Notes: a model not told the origin generated them from the sequence alone. 64,000 nt of DNA from Octopus sinensis (GCF_006345805.1 NC_043009.1:63178001-63242000); one strand, 5' to 3'. Shown: positions 15,056 through 28,239, counted from the first letter of the stretch. Numbers and translations are program-made.

Positions 15056-15245
15056 GTTAATCCAAGCATGAAAACACAAGAGAAAAACAACAACGCGAGA
15101 ACATGGAACAAATATAGTATTATTGGACGCTCAGGAAGGAACGGAAGAAGGAGGGTTTAACGTTTCGAGCGGAGCTCTTCGTCAGAAACATAGGAAAAGG
15201 AAAGATATCCAGAGAAGGAAAGACAGAGGAAAAATTCGCCAACGG
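15056..15245 (-). mobile_element. Penelope-like element terminal (pLTR) fragment
   Basis: Carries a minimal HHR, abuts (TA)n, and has a near-identical paralog with the same boundary at 23335-23515. Confidence 0.55.
15155..15189 (-). ncRNA. Minimal type I hammerhead ribozyme in a Penelope-like terminal fragment
   Basis: Minus strand reads GTTT CTGACGA A GAGC TCC GCTC GAAAC GTT AAAC: intact core, stem I GTTT/AAAC, minimal palindromic ACGT stem III. Confidence 0.75.
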
Positions 15246-15633
15246 TACACACGCGGCTACTCCATATTGATAAGGGACAAATACCCCGAAACTAGTCTCT
15301 GAATGTCAAACCAGCAAGAGGAAGCTGCTGACTGCCCCTGTTCGAAGGTTATAATGGACACAGGTTTGTGTGTCACATAGCTAGCCAGAGGCGATGGCCT
15401 CTTGGAGCTGATCAACGGTAGCATTCGTCCTATTTTCCTGGACTGCCATGTTAGCTTGGCGATAACTGTTAATGTGTGTGTGTGTTGTGTGTGTGTGTGT
15501 GTGGTGTGTGTGTGTGTGTGTGTACGTGTGTGTGTACGTGTGTGTGTATCAAATTTACAGAAAACAAGACGAAGATAGGTAAAAGAACAACAAACAGGTG
15601 TATTAGTTTAACGTTCAGGAAGAATGGAAAAGT

Positions 15634-15669
15634 CTTTGACGTTTCGAGCCTACGCTCTTCGACAGAAAG
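15634..15669 (-). ncRNA. Minimal HHR with A6->U core change
   Basis: Minus strand reads CTTT CTGTCGA A GAGC GTAG GCTC GAAAC GTC AAAG. Confidence 0.6.
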
Positions 15670-15909
15670 GGATGAGGGGGAAAGCAACGGAGAGAGAAAA
15701 ATGTGTTGGGATTAACGGTTCAATATATATACAGTGTGGTAAGATTTTCAATAAGTTGTTTAACAGTCGATCATCAGTTAAGAGAGTCGAGATATAACAA
15801 AAAACACAAAAACCGTTTGTTTTTAACAGTTTCATATTTGACGAAATAAATCAATATTTCGGCCATGAAACCCAAAGTAGCTCTATTTCACAAGGCTTTT
15901 TGTGGATTT

Positions 15910-15982
<73 letters not shown>

Positions 15983-16156
15983 TATATACATGTATATATT
16001 TATTTATAGAAGGGTATACAGTAAAGTGCGACACGTAACCCAGATCCTGCTCAGTAGTGAAATCCACAATCTACTCCGGTATGTGGTATGGCATTATGTG
16101 GTTCACCAAGCCAGAGATGGGCTAGAATATGAAGTTTGACCAAATAATAGACAATA

Positions 16157-16214
<58 letters not shown>

Positions 16215-16429
16215 TACATAACACTGGTAGAAACATTACGCAGTTATGCATCCCACTTCATATGTGTCTCGCCGTAAATACAATAATCTTTGTTCAAGCT
16301 CCAGTAATAAATAAGAATGTGTAGATTTTCAATGAAATGGAATAGTAAATTGGATAGAAAACGGAATGTAAATTAAAGTATACATGGTATATAACATTTT
16401 AAGGATTAAAACGAGCTTAGGACAAGGGA

Positions 16430-17600
16430 ATCCCTTGAAAACTACCGAGAAACACCACACTGGAATAATCCTGATATTGAAGATTATCACAAGTCCCCTC
16501 TCTCGCTTTCTGTTCTCCGATTGAGAAGTAGATCATCACAATAGGTTCACTCAAGTTCGTCAATCTGGACACTTTCACTCAGTGTAAACCATACTGGAAG
16601 ACAACAGGTCTTTCTCGATTCCAACGTTGCTCTCCAATAATTATACGAAGATGATATGAGGAAGATTTCCGTCCTCAAACTTTTGTAACTTGTCCTCTAA
16701 GCAACTTCTTTCACTATAGCCTTATGTCAGTTAGTTCTCCCTATAGCCTCGTCCGATAGCTAGATCCCTTCTACAGATGGCAGCAGTCTTTCGACATAAG
16801 CTCCCAAGCCAGATTTGAATGAGCGCTTGCTGGAGAGCTTTATTGCCCTTCGAGTATCTCGAATATGTTCAACAGCTGATACTTCTGTCCTTGTAGAACT
16901 TGTTTTGAAAAGGTAATTCCCTTCTCTAGTCAGAACTTTTGAAACTTGCTTATAATCCCACACCGGAAAGCTCTCTGGAAGAAATTTTTCAGACTGTTCT
17001 CGTACCACCTAGAGTCGTTCCCAAGACATTGTTGTGCATACCCAGCGCTAACCAAGTGTAGAATTCGAATGTTTTCCTTCCGTTGACTGCATTTTCCTGT
17101 TATCCAAACACCTGTTGCCAGAGCTAAGGTCTGTGCTCTAAGACACGATTAGACGAAAACTGTTTTATGAGCCTGAATGAAAGAGGCGCAACGGGGTCAC
17201 GAAGCTAAAATTTGGTTTTGATGAATTACAATAGACGCATGTTATTTAGTCCTAAGTAGCTGTGAATGGTTCTTTAGCAGCAGTTCAATCAATTATTCGG
17301 TACGAAAGGCGGGTCAGAACGAAAGGCAGGCAGTATGGATTTCATTACCAGCCGTGAATCTTAGCAGGAGAGGCAGAGTGTAGCGAAAAGCTGATAACAG
17401 CTGCGGATACACAGGAAGCGATAGTTAGCGGCTCAGGGCTAAATCGCCTGGTTTTCCCCCTACGAGCTTTACTTTTATATCCCAGACTTGTTTGAAAGCC
17501 TCTCGGCAGATATCAACTGCAACTGGCCGAGAGAACGATGTCTCTGGAAAGTCGGTCAGAGGCAGCGAAGGCTCACATTTCACCGTCATACATTACCGCC
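16430..17600 (-). mobile_element. Heavily degraded APE-RT LINE relic
   Basis: Fragmentary motifs in the expected order on the minus strand: GQLQLISAE (APE N-terminus), NGRKTFEF (APE), YCDDLLL (YADD-like); many stops and frameshifts. Confidence 0.4.
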
Positions 17601-19840
17601 TAATCATCATGCCTTTCTTCAGTACATGTCTCACCGGACTGGAGTGCCTGCTCTTTCAATTTCTATAGAAGGGATCCATTCGACTGACCAGGGGCTCCAT
17701 TTGTTGTCAACACTCGTTGAGTGGAGGCATGGGTATATTATGGTTGATGATGTGCAAACATGCTCTGAACAGAACTGTGATGAGCAGACATACACTAAGG
17801 CTGCGATATTTCTAGCTTTTCCTTGATGATGAGATGTGGTCGCCATTTGTCAGGCTCTCCATAGCTCGTCTATTTCATTGAGCTGCAACCTTGGATCAGG
17901 TGTAGAACGAGGCAGGGTGCCTGACGCTACTCTACGCGTCAGGCGCTCACAAACCTTCGCTAGTCAAGTGATGTTGTCGTTTGGGCCTCGGGGAAAATGC
18001 CTTGCTGTATATTACCCAGCTCTTTAAGCTCTCAGTTAAAATCTTGCTGAAGGCAACTTTGCCTTTCATTTTTCGGTGTCGATAAAAACTCTACCAGTCA
18101 AGAACCGGGACGCGAAATTCTTTTTCAGACCCCAGTAATGAGCTCATTTGCATACAGCTAATCAGAGCACACCTTGACCTTCTTGTCAAGTTAATAAACC
18201 CACTCTACCAAGTAAACTCAAGACAAAGAACGGTGCTATAAGTCAACCGATTGCCAAGTTATGCCTGATTTTAGAAAGAGACAAGTAATTAGATAGATTT
18301 GCATCTATACCTATTATCGGATTTTGTTAGGGCCCCATATGGTAAAGATGTAGATGGGGAAAATGTGGGTAGAGGGTGATGTGCTTGCAACCCTCTCCCC
18401 TTAGAATTTTACAAAGTAAACAACAACACAAATAACTACGCAGAAGCAGCCATGGTTGAAACAAGAACAAGAACAACAAGCATTATTAAAAGAGAAAAGA
18501 AGCATAGTCATTCCTTACCCAAGTGACCTTATCTTATCGCTCATCACTTGTTGTGCGCTCATTAATTAGTTTGATAGTTGAGCTCTGATTGATTGTATGC
18601 GAATGAATTCACGACTGGGGTCCGGAACTCTCGTGGGAAACAAAATTTCGCAGCCGGCACCCATCTATCAACTTATCCCCTCCTCTCATATTTGCTTGCC
18701 TTGTGCCTAAATTAGAAATAATCATAATAGTTGTTGTTATTGCTGTTGTTGTTGTCGTTGTTGTTGGTGTTGTTCTCAATGCTGCTGTAGAGGCTTCATA
18801 AGTTGTTCATTATGTTATGATAAACGAATAACCATCGGGTCATAAAAAAAAAACAACATTTGTAGCTTTGTTCACAGGAAACTCAACAATTATAACACAT
18901 TGGGAACATTTTGCTGGAGGTACGAGTACACAGAACAGAAGCTGAACGCTATCATTTGTGTCAAGCGTCTGTACATTGACCGGGAGCCGAGAGATAAGAC
19001 AGCCCCACTCAAGATAAGAGTACTTAGGGGAACAACAAACACAAGAGCCTAATTGTAACTGTTTCAATCGTATAATAAAGTATTTCCTCAAAGCGACTGA
19101 ATACTGCGTTGTAGAGTTAGTAGTAAAAAGTAACATAGTTTAAAATATTGGCAAAACAACTAGATTCCTTACATTGCGAGGCGTAGAAAGTTCGAATTGT
19201 ACGGAGCGATGCTGATACAGGACAGCATAGTATCGTAGGGAGGGGCAATGGCCCAGTGGTTAGGGCAGCGGATTCGCGGTCGGAGAGTCGCCGTTTCGAT
19301 TCCCAGACCGGGCGTTGTGTGTATTTATTGAGCGAAAACACCTAAAAGCTCCACGACGCTCCGGCAGGGGGTGGTGGCGAACCCCGTTGTACTCTTCCGC
19401 CACATCTTTCTCTCACTCTCTCGTCCTGTTTCTTGAGTAACGCTGCGATGGACTGGCGTCCCGTCCAGCTGGGGGGGGGAGGAACTCATACGCCACAGAA
19501 ACCGGGAAACCAGGCCCATGAGTCTGGCTAGGCTTGAAAAGGGCGACGTTTATCGTTATAGTATCGTAGACGTAGACACAGCACAGAAGCATTTCATACG
19601 TAACGAGGAATAGAAGTTTACGTATATAGGTGCAGGAGCAGCTTATAGTGACTGTGTGGTAAAAAGCTTGCTTCCCGACCACATGGTTCTGGGTTCAGTC
19701 CCACTGCATGGCACCTTGGACAAGTGTCTTCTACCATAGCCTCGTTCCGACCAAAGCCTTGTGAGTGGATTTAGTGGACGGAAACTGAAAGAAGCTCGTC
19801 GTATTTATATATATATATATATATGTGTGTGTGGTGTGTG

Positions 19841-19885
<45 letters not shown>

Positions 19886-20920
19886 TATATATATTATATA
19901 TAATATGTATATATGCGTATATCGGTACAGGACACCACAACAGTAAACGACATGAAACACGAAAACGGATGAGTTCAATGCGCAAACAACGAGAGAAATA
20001 AATGGAAAACAGGACAAGTAACATAAAGAACGACCCTTCATCAGTTGTCAGCTGTCTATCTACTCCCCATTTCGAGCAATCCGCGACAAAATGAGTCTTG
20101 AAAGACAGTTGCTCCCATAAATACCAAAACAAAATTTGGGATTTATGGAGGGTCAAAGCTGGAAACAAAAACAGGACAGTGGAGACATACAAGGAAACCG
20201 AACGAAAAGAAATATGGAGGATCGTTAGACCAGAACGAGGCTAAAATAGCGAACGCTGGAGAAATATTTTCCTTGAAAAGAGAAAAGGTAGAAGAGACAG
20301 GGTACGTCCAGTATATGTGTGTGTGTGTGTGGTGTATTCGTGTGTCTTTGTTTGTCCCCCACCCACCATCGTTTGACAACTAATGTTGGATGTTTACGTC
20401 CCCGTAACCTAGCGGTTCGGAAGAAGAGACCGATAGAATAAGTACTGCGCTTATAAAGAATATGTCATGGGGTCGGTTTGTTCGACTAAGGGCGGTGCCC
20501 CAGCATGGCCGTAATGAAATGACTGAAACAAGAAAAAGAAATAAAAGAAATATGAAAATAACACAAATAAATTCCTTAAATATCTTTTATCTTTCCCTCG
20601 TTTCAGTCATTAGGCTGCGGCCATGCTGGGGCATCGCTTTGAAGAATATTATTCGAACGAATCGTCCCCAGTATTTATTAATTTGTTTGGGGTTTTTTTA
20701 GGCTTACAAAGAATAAGTCCTGGGGTCGATTTATTCGACTAAAAGCAGTGCTCCAGCATGGCCGCAGTCAAATGACTGAAACTAGTAAAAGCATAAAAGA
20801 GTAAGAGTAATGCCTGGTACTTATTCCATCGGTCACTTTTTGCCGTCCCGCTAGGTTACGCAGATATAAACTCACCAACATCTGTTGTCAAGCGGTGGTG
20901 GGGGACTAACACAGAACAGG

Positions 20921-20952
<32 letters not shown>

Positions 20953-21482
20953 CACACACACACACACACATACACACACACACAGAGGACAGGCTTCATT
21001 CAGTTTCCGCGTATCAAATCCACTCACAAAGCTTTGGTCGACCCCAAGGCTTCAGTAGAAGACTCTTTCGCAAGGTGCGACGCAGTGGGACTGAACCCGG
21101 AATCATGTGGTTGGGAAGTAAGCTTCTGTACCACCCGGCCACGCCGGTGCCAGTACAATAACATTTCATATGATACGAGGAATAGGAAACGTGCAAATAG
21201 CACAAATAAATTCTTTAATTATCAGGATAAACTCTAGAGAAAAAAATATACCCCCCCCCCACCTAGAAAAGAAACCAAACAAAAAAAAAAAAAACTCGAC
21301 CTTTCTCGGAAATGATCAGACTTTTAAAACCGTGAAAGTAAAACTCGTTTGCGAGACAACACTAAGTAAACTTATCGCATGTGGCGCCAAACAACTAAAT
21401 ATAAGTCAGGACAACAAGGTTATCGAACGTGAAGCGCAAAAATGAAAGCAGGGCTATTTTAAGGACTTTAAGGACCGATAAA

Positions 21483-21553
<71 letters not shown>

Positions 21554-21777
21554 AGCTGCTGCAGCTGCTACTACTACCACTAAACCATCACTACGACTAT
21601 TACTTACTACTAACAGATTAAGAGAGGATATAGAAAGGGAGTGAGTGAATAGCAATTCCATTGAAACGTTGGCGCTGGCATTACAGTGTTGTCAAGAAGT
21701 GAGCTTTCGGAGCTTGGGGGTTAGGGCGTTCGGTCCCACTGCGTGCACATAGATAGCTGACGTCCTATCTCGTAAAC

Positions 21778-22045
21778 CAGTGGGCCTCAACCATTTTCCC
21801 CCAATGGATCTCCTTTGATTTCGATTTTACTTCATTGGATGGACCTCCATAGCCATTCTATGTTTAAATAAAATCCTGTTAAATTTTTGTTGCTGAATAT
21901 TATTAGGAATTGTATAAAAAAAAATTGTTACAATATTTTTTTTTTGTATTGTAGAAGTACGACCAATTTATTGCACATTAATTTTAATAGCAAAGTATTA
22001 CATGATCCCACCAAGGGCCACGTGGATCCTGCTTGAGAACCATTA
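21778..22045. mobile_element. hAT-like MITE, eroded
   Basis: TIRs cagtgggcctcaacc / gcttgagaaccatta; 8-bp flanks tcgtaaac vs tcctagac (6/8 match). Confidence 0.45.
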
Positions 22046-22273
22046 TCCTAGACAATGGCCGCGGAATAACTAATAATTTCTAAGTGAAATTAGAACACAG
22101 GAAGTGAATATTTATATATACACAGGCGTGGCTGTGTGGTAAGAAGCTTGCTTCCCAAGCAATATAATTATATATATATTTGCGTTCTTGTCCCATTTTG
22201 TATTTTTATATATATTTTTTATACATATATTATTGCGGTGTAACGTACATCTTGTTATCTTATGTATATATAT

Positions 22274-23285
22274 ACTAGCAGTATCGCCCGGCGTTGCTCG
22301 GGTTTGTAAGGGAAATAACTATATAAGCATTTTTAGAGAGTTACTTCCCTTATAGATGCCAATTCGGGCTTTCTTAGCCATTTCTGTTTTGGTGTCTTCA
22401 AGCCATGAAGTCGTTGTTCTAAAAGAACGCTGGTCTCCTTGACAACGCTTTACGACGTTGATTTCCTTACACTCCCTTCCCACAGCTTCACGAGGGAGGG
22501 AATAAGGGGGGGGAGCAGCAACACAGGTGCAGATGTGAGCGTGGACGCCAACTCGCCGCCATCGACACACGAAAAATTATGCATTAAAATGGAATAAAAA
22601 TGATGTTAAATTATTTTTAAAATCGTAGACTCATCGTAGACGCGCGCTAATACCCAGAAGGGCTCGATATGAATCACGACTATAAGATACCCGAATTTGG
22701 TTAAACTGCACACCGCAAAATGTGGGAGTAGTTAGGAATCTAAATCGAAGGGGACAGACACTCACACAACTACAGTTTTATATATTACTAGCATATCGCC
22801 CGGCGTTGCTCGGGTTTGTAAGGGAAATAACTATATAAGCATTTTTAGAGAGTTACTTCCCCTTATAAATTCGGCTTTCTTAGCCATTTTTGTTTTGGTG
22901 TCTTCAGCCATGAAGTCGTTGTTCTAAAAGAACGCTGGTTTCCTTCACAACGCATTACGACGTTTTTTTCTTACACTCCCTTCCCACAGCTTCACGAGGG
23001 AGGGAAGGGGAGAAGCAAACAGGTGCAGCTGTGAGCGTGGACGCCAACTCCGCCGCCATCGACATACGATGCATTTTATGCATTAAAATGGAATAAAAAA
23101 TTATGTTAAATTTTTTTAAAATCGTAGACTCTCGTAGAGACGCGCGCGCATAGTATCAGACGGGCTCGATATGAATCACGACTATAAGATACCCGAATTT
23201 GGTTAAACTGCACCGCAAAATGTGGGAGGGGTTAGGAATCTAAATCGAAGGGGACAGACACTCACACAACTAGAGTTTTATATAT
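22274..23285 (-). mobile_element. Two head-to-tail copies of a ~510-bp non-autonomous Helitron-like element
   Basis: Copies begin on + with actagc at 22274 and 22787. On the minus strand the 3' end is a cccg..cggg hairpin followed by CTAG-T, and the 5' end is tatataaaac...gtgtctgtc. Confidence 0.7.
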
Positions 23286-23299
23286 ATATATATATAATA

Positions 23300-23332
<33 letters not shown>

Positions 23333-23334
23333 AA

Positions 23335-23515
23335 GTTAATCCAACGAGAAAGCAGAAAAAAACACAAACAACGCGAGGACGTGGAACAAATATAGTATTA
23401 TTGGACGCTCAGGAAAGAAGGAGGGTTTTTAACGTTTCGAGCGGAGCTCTTCGTCGGAAACATAGGAGAAGGAAAGATTCAGAGAAGGGAAGACAGAGGA
23501 AAAAAATCGCCAAAT
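23335..23515 (-). mobile_element. Penelope-like element terminal (pLTR) fragment, second copy
   Basis: Aligns by eye to 15056-15245; flanked by (TA)n on both sides. Confidence 0.55.
23428..23461 (-). ncRNA. Minimal HHR with U4->C core change (paralog of 15155-15189)
   Basis: Minus strand reads GTTT CCGACGA AGAGCTCCGCTC GAAAC GTT AAA. Confidence 0.6.
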
Positions 23516-23757
23516 ATATATATATATATATATATTATTGAAGTACGGATTAGAAAAATAGCCGGCAACTGATGAAGGGTCGTTCTTTGTGTTGTTTGTT
23601 TTGTTTTCCATTTGTTTCTTTCGTTGTTCGAAAAAATAGTTCATATTGTTGTTTACGTTTTGTGACATACTGTGCCCACATAGCATATGTATATACGTAT
23701 GCATGTAAGTAGGTACGTATACATATGTATATATGCTATATATTATATATATTATAT

Positions 23758-23809
<52 letters not shown>

Positions 23810-23837
23810 TATCATATATATATATATATACATACTT

Positions 23838-23874
<37 letters not shown>

Positions 23875-24235
23875 CAATACCATCACACATACATGCATAT
23901 AAATATAAAATAGTGTACAAACAATTTACGTATTTATACACAAAAGAGGCGACCTTTAACAGGACACCTTACATGCCGGAAAGGGCAGTTAAAGCCCAAA
24001 CCACGAATGAGAGCAATTTCAAAGGAAATGAAAATGAAAATAATTTTTGTAGTTACCCTCATATTCGAATTTCTGAATCAATGTGCAAATAAATTAATTT
24101 GCCATCCATACTCTTTAGTGCTAAAATTAATGCATAATTATGCAGCAAATAGCACTGAAAATACACGTGCTACATACTTATACATTATAATTTTGAAATC
24201 CACCGCGCAGGCGCAGTTACATTCGGCAGCAAATG

Positions 24236-24288
<53 letters not shown>

Positions 24289-24290
<2 letters not shown>

Positions 24291-24862
24291 GGAATATATG
24301 GCTAAGAAGGAATATATTCACAGACATGACAGAGTTGGAACCTCATACACTGGAAGCTATGCCAACATTATGGAATAACAACAGAAAAAAGATGGTACAG
24401 GCACACACCAGAAAAGGTCACAGAAAAACGAGAAAGCAACCATACTCTGGGATATGCCGATACACACAGATAGAGAAATTAAGGCCAACAGACCAGATAT
24501 AGTTGTCAGAGATCATGAAGAAAAAAATGCTTTCTAATTGATGTAACAATACCAGCAGATGACAACGTGCTCCAAAAGAAATGGAGAAACTTTCAAAATA
24601 CAAAGACCTGGAAATAGAGGTAACCAAAATGTGGAATCTAAAACAGAAACAATTCCTATCATAGTAGGTGCATTAGGCATGATAAAAAAATATTCAGACA
24701 AATACATAACAAAAATTGCACTACTAGGCACTGCACACATCCTACGCAGAACACTTTCCATACAATAACCATCAGAGCATCACATCAAATCACAGCACAT
24801 ACCCAAGGCACACAGAGCTGCGCTCGGTAGTGAAGTGAAAGCACGCTATAAAAATAAAACTA

Positions 24863-24865
<3 letters not shown>
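24289..24865 (+). mobile_element. 5'-truncated R4/Dong-type LINE (REL endonuclease end), frameshifted, with an internal deletion
   Basis: KKEYIHRHDRVG...RPDIVVRD...KYKDLEIEV...ALLGTAHILRRTLSIQ; 3' end aaataaaactactg-(aat)n; (aat)n on the 5' side too. Confidence 0.85.
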
Positions 24866-24914
<49 letters not shown>

Positions 24915-25556
24915 TATAATAATAATAATACTAGAATAATAATAATAAAAATTAATACTGAGTACCAAAGGGCTGCAAAAATATAAATTATTCGTGTACA
25001 AAGCAGAATAAGAAATCAAATGAATGAATAAGGAACAAGAAATTAAGTTATGAACTTCATCTTAAAGCTGTCCCTGCTATAATGTCCAAAGCACTCAAAG
25101 CACGGTGCTTATGTATCACCTTATAGCTTCGTCGGAGCTTCAATATATACATATATATAAAAACACATTAAGAGGTTTCCATCATAGAAGTCCCTTACGC
25201 TAGAAAGAACAGCTAAAGTCCAAACCACTAATTATGGATAAATTCTAGAAGGAAATGAAAAATAATATTTACCATCTATTTCCTGGACCAATGGTTTCTG
25301 ACTTATTTTAGTAAATAAAATAGTTTGCTAGGCGAAGTCTCCGTCAGCAGGTACGCCAAGATTAAACATATAAACACGAGGCCAATCCAGCATATGGCTC
25401 TTGCTTATACATTTTAATTTTTTAAATCCACCGCGCAAGAGCAATTTTTTGTACACTGTATTTTATATGAATACTATTGACTTTTCTATACGCTAGGCCA
25501 CTGGTAGTAAAAATTTCTAAATTCTTTATTACCCTGATATTATTAAATATATATAT

Positions 25557-25631
<75 letters not shown>

Positions 25632-25938
25632 ATTTCTTCATACAAATGTGAAATAATTACGATTTGTTATAAACACATTTTATTATACTTGAAGGAATGG
25701 AAAATAATTTCAATATATGATATTGGTGTCAAATAAGGGCACAGGGCCAGCAATTTTAGGGGAGAGGTAAGCCGATTACATTGACCTTGTTACTTGACTG
25801 GTACTTTATTCTATCCACCACAAAAGAACGAAAGGCACAGTCGGCCTCAGCGGAATTTGAATTCAGAATGTTATTTGTTGGAAGAAATTCTGCGTAGCAT
25901 TTCGTCCGACGTGTTAACGATTCTGTCACCTCACAACC

Positions 25939-26011
<73 letters not shown>

Positions 26012-26036
26012 CAATAATAATAATAATAATAATAAT

Positions 26037-26584
26037 GCTATGCCAACATTATGGAATAACAACAGAAAAAAGATGGTATAGGCACACACCAGAAAAGGTC
26101 ACAGAAAACGAGAAAACAACCATACTCTGGGATATGCCGATACACACAGATAGAGAAATTAAGGCCAACAGACCAGATATAGTTGTCAGAGATCATGAAG
26201 GAAAAAAATGCTTTCTAATTGATGTATCAATACCGGCAGATGACAACGTGTCTCTAAAAGAAATGGAGAAAAACTCAAAATACAAAGACCTGGAAATAGA
26301 GGTAACTAGAATGTGGAACCTGAAAACAGAAACAATTCCTATTATAGTAGGTGCATTAGGCATGATAAAAAAATATTCAGACAAATACATAACAAAAACA
26401 CCAGGACTTACAAACACATATAACATACAGAAAATTGCACTACTAGGCACTGCACACATCCTACGCAGAACACTTTCCATACAATAACCATCAGAGCATC
26501 ACAACAAATCACAGCACATACCCAAGGCACACAGAGCTGCGCTCGGTAGTGAAGTGAAAGCACGCTAAAAAAATAAAACTACTG
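26037..26584 (+). mobile_element. 5'-truncated R4/Dong-type LINE, same family
   Basis: 150-aa open frame LCQHYG...NRPDIVVRD..FLIDVSIP..EK.SKYKDL (PD-D-K restriction-like endonuclease motif); (aat)n on both sides. Confidence 0.9.
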
Positions 26585-26871
26585 AATAATAATAATAATA
26601 ATAATCCTTTCTACAATAGGCAAAAGGCATGAAATTTTGTGGGAGAGGACCAGTCGATTACATCGACCCTAGTACGCAACTGGTACTTAGCTTATCGGCC
26701 CCGAAAGGATGAGAGGCAAAGTCGACCTCGGCAGAATTTGAACTCACAACGTAACGATGGGCGAAATACAGCTAAGCATTTTGGCCAACGTGCTAACAAT
26801 TCTGCCAGCTCGCCGCCTTAATAATCATAATAATAATAATAATAATAATAATAGTAGTAGTAGTAATAGTA

Positions 26872-26921
<50 letters not shown>

Positions 26922-26936
26922 ATAATTAATAATAAT

Positions 26937-27623
26937 ATTCAGAAATATTACAAGTAACTGCAGAATATGTGGAGATGGACAAGAAACGATAAATCATATT
27001 ATCTCTAGCTGCCCAGTCCTGGCTAAGAAGGAATATATTCACAGACATGACAGAGTTGGAACCTACATACATTGGAAGCTATGCCAACATTATGGAATAA
27101 CAACAGAAAAAAGATGGTATAGGCACACACCAGAAAAGGTCACAGAAAACGAGAAAACAACCATACTCTGGGATATGCCGATACACACAGATAGAGAAAT
27201 TAAGGCCAACAGACCAGATATAGTTGTCAGAGATCATGAAGAAAAAAAATGCTTTCTAATTGATGTATCAATACCGGCAGATGACAACGTGTCTCTAAAA
27301 GAAATGGAGAAACTCTCAAAATACAAAGACCTGGAAATAGAGGTAACTAGAATGTGGAATCTGAAAACAAACAATTCCTATCATAGTAGGTGCATTAGGC
27401 ATGATAAAAAAATATTCAGACAAATACATAACAAAAACACCAGGACTTACAAACACATATAACATACAGAAAATTGCACTACTAGGCACTGCACACATCC
27501 TACGCAGAACACTTTCCATACAGTAACAATCAGAGCATCACAACAAATCACAGCACATACCCAAGGCACACAGAGCTGCGCTCGGTAGTGAAGTGAATGC
27601 ACGCTATAAAAATAAAACTACTG
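26937..27623 (+). mobile_element. 5'-truncated R4/Dong-type LINE with CCHC knuckle and REL domain
   Basis: CRICGDGQETINHIISSC zinc knuckle followed by RHDRV and PDIV motifs; 2-bp deletion near 27369; (aat)n on both sides. Confidence 0.9.
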
Positions 27624-27646
27624 AATAATGATAATAATAATAATAA

Positions 27647-28206
27647 ATGCCCTGATGCAGTACCAGGCAGTGGCTCTCATGGCTTCTGATCTTAACTGAT
27701 TGGAAGTGTTATCATGTACATTATTTTGTCTTGGTATAAAAGATGGGCTACAGCAAATATTCTGCTCAATATCACAGATTTGCTTGTCAGTTGTTTGACC
27801 ATAACCAGTTGAGCATGTCCCTTAGTGGCTGATGATATGTGCATCTCTGATCACGAGCAGAAGTAGTGGGGGGGGAGCATCATAGCCGTGTGTTGAGAGG
27901 AATTCTTTGGGGGTTTGGATAATTCCCCTTTTAAAACATGAATGGTTCGTTCAACATCCTTAAACAACCCTTATTCAGGGACTTTTTGAGTGGGGCTGGC
28001 TATTCGACCAGAAGAAAATTCTAACTGGGCCCCACCTGCAAGGTCATGCGCTGTTTATCTTGATATGAGATCACCATGTTACGCACATATGGTTGTGATG
28101 CATGTGTCTGGTGTACCCTTATCAAACGGGTAGTCATGTTGGGTATACTGGGCTTCGTATATTTTACCCCAGTGTCACTTTGATGGCATGCACTGCTCTC
28201 TCACTC
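27647..28206. mobile_element. ~560-bp non-coding insert between (AAT)n tracts
   Basis: Complex sequence with sharp boundaries against (aat)n on both sides; no ORF. Confidence 0.45.

Positions 28207-28238
<32 letters not shown>

Positions 28239-28239
<1 letters not shown>

Noticed and set aside
18130-18310. Two ATTTGCAT octamer motifs in non-repetitive DNA
   Set aside because: Expected by chance in AT-rich DNA; no conservation data available.
20030-20050. CTGATGAAGGG motif on the minus strand (also on + at ~23570)
   Set aside because: Not followed by stem II-GAAA; cannot be folded as an HHR.
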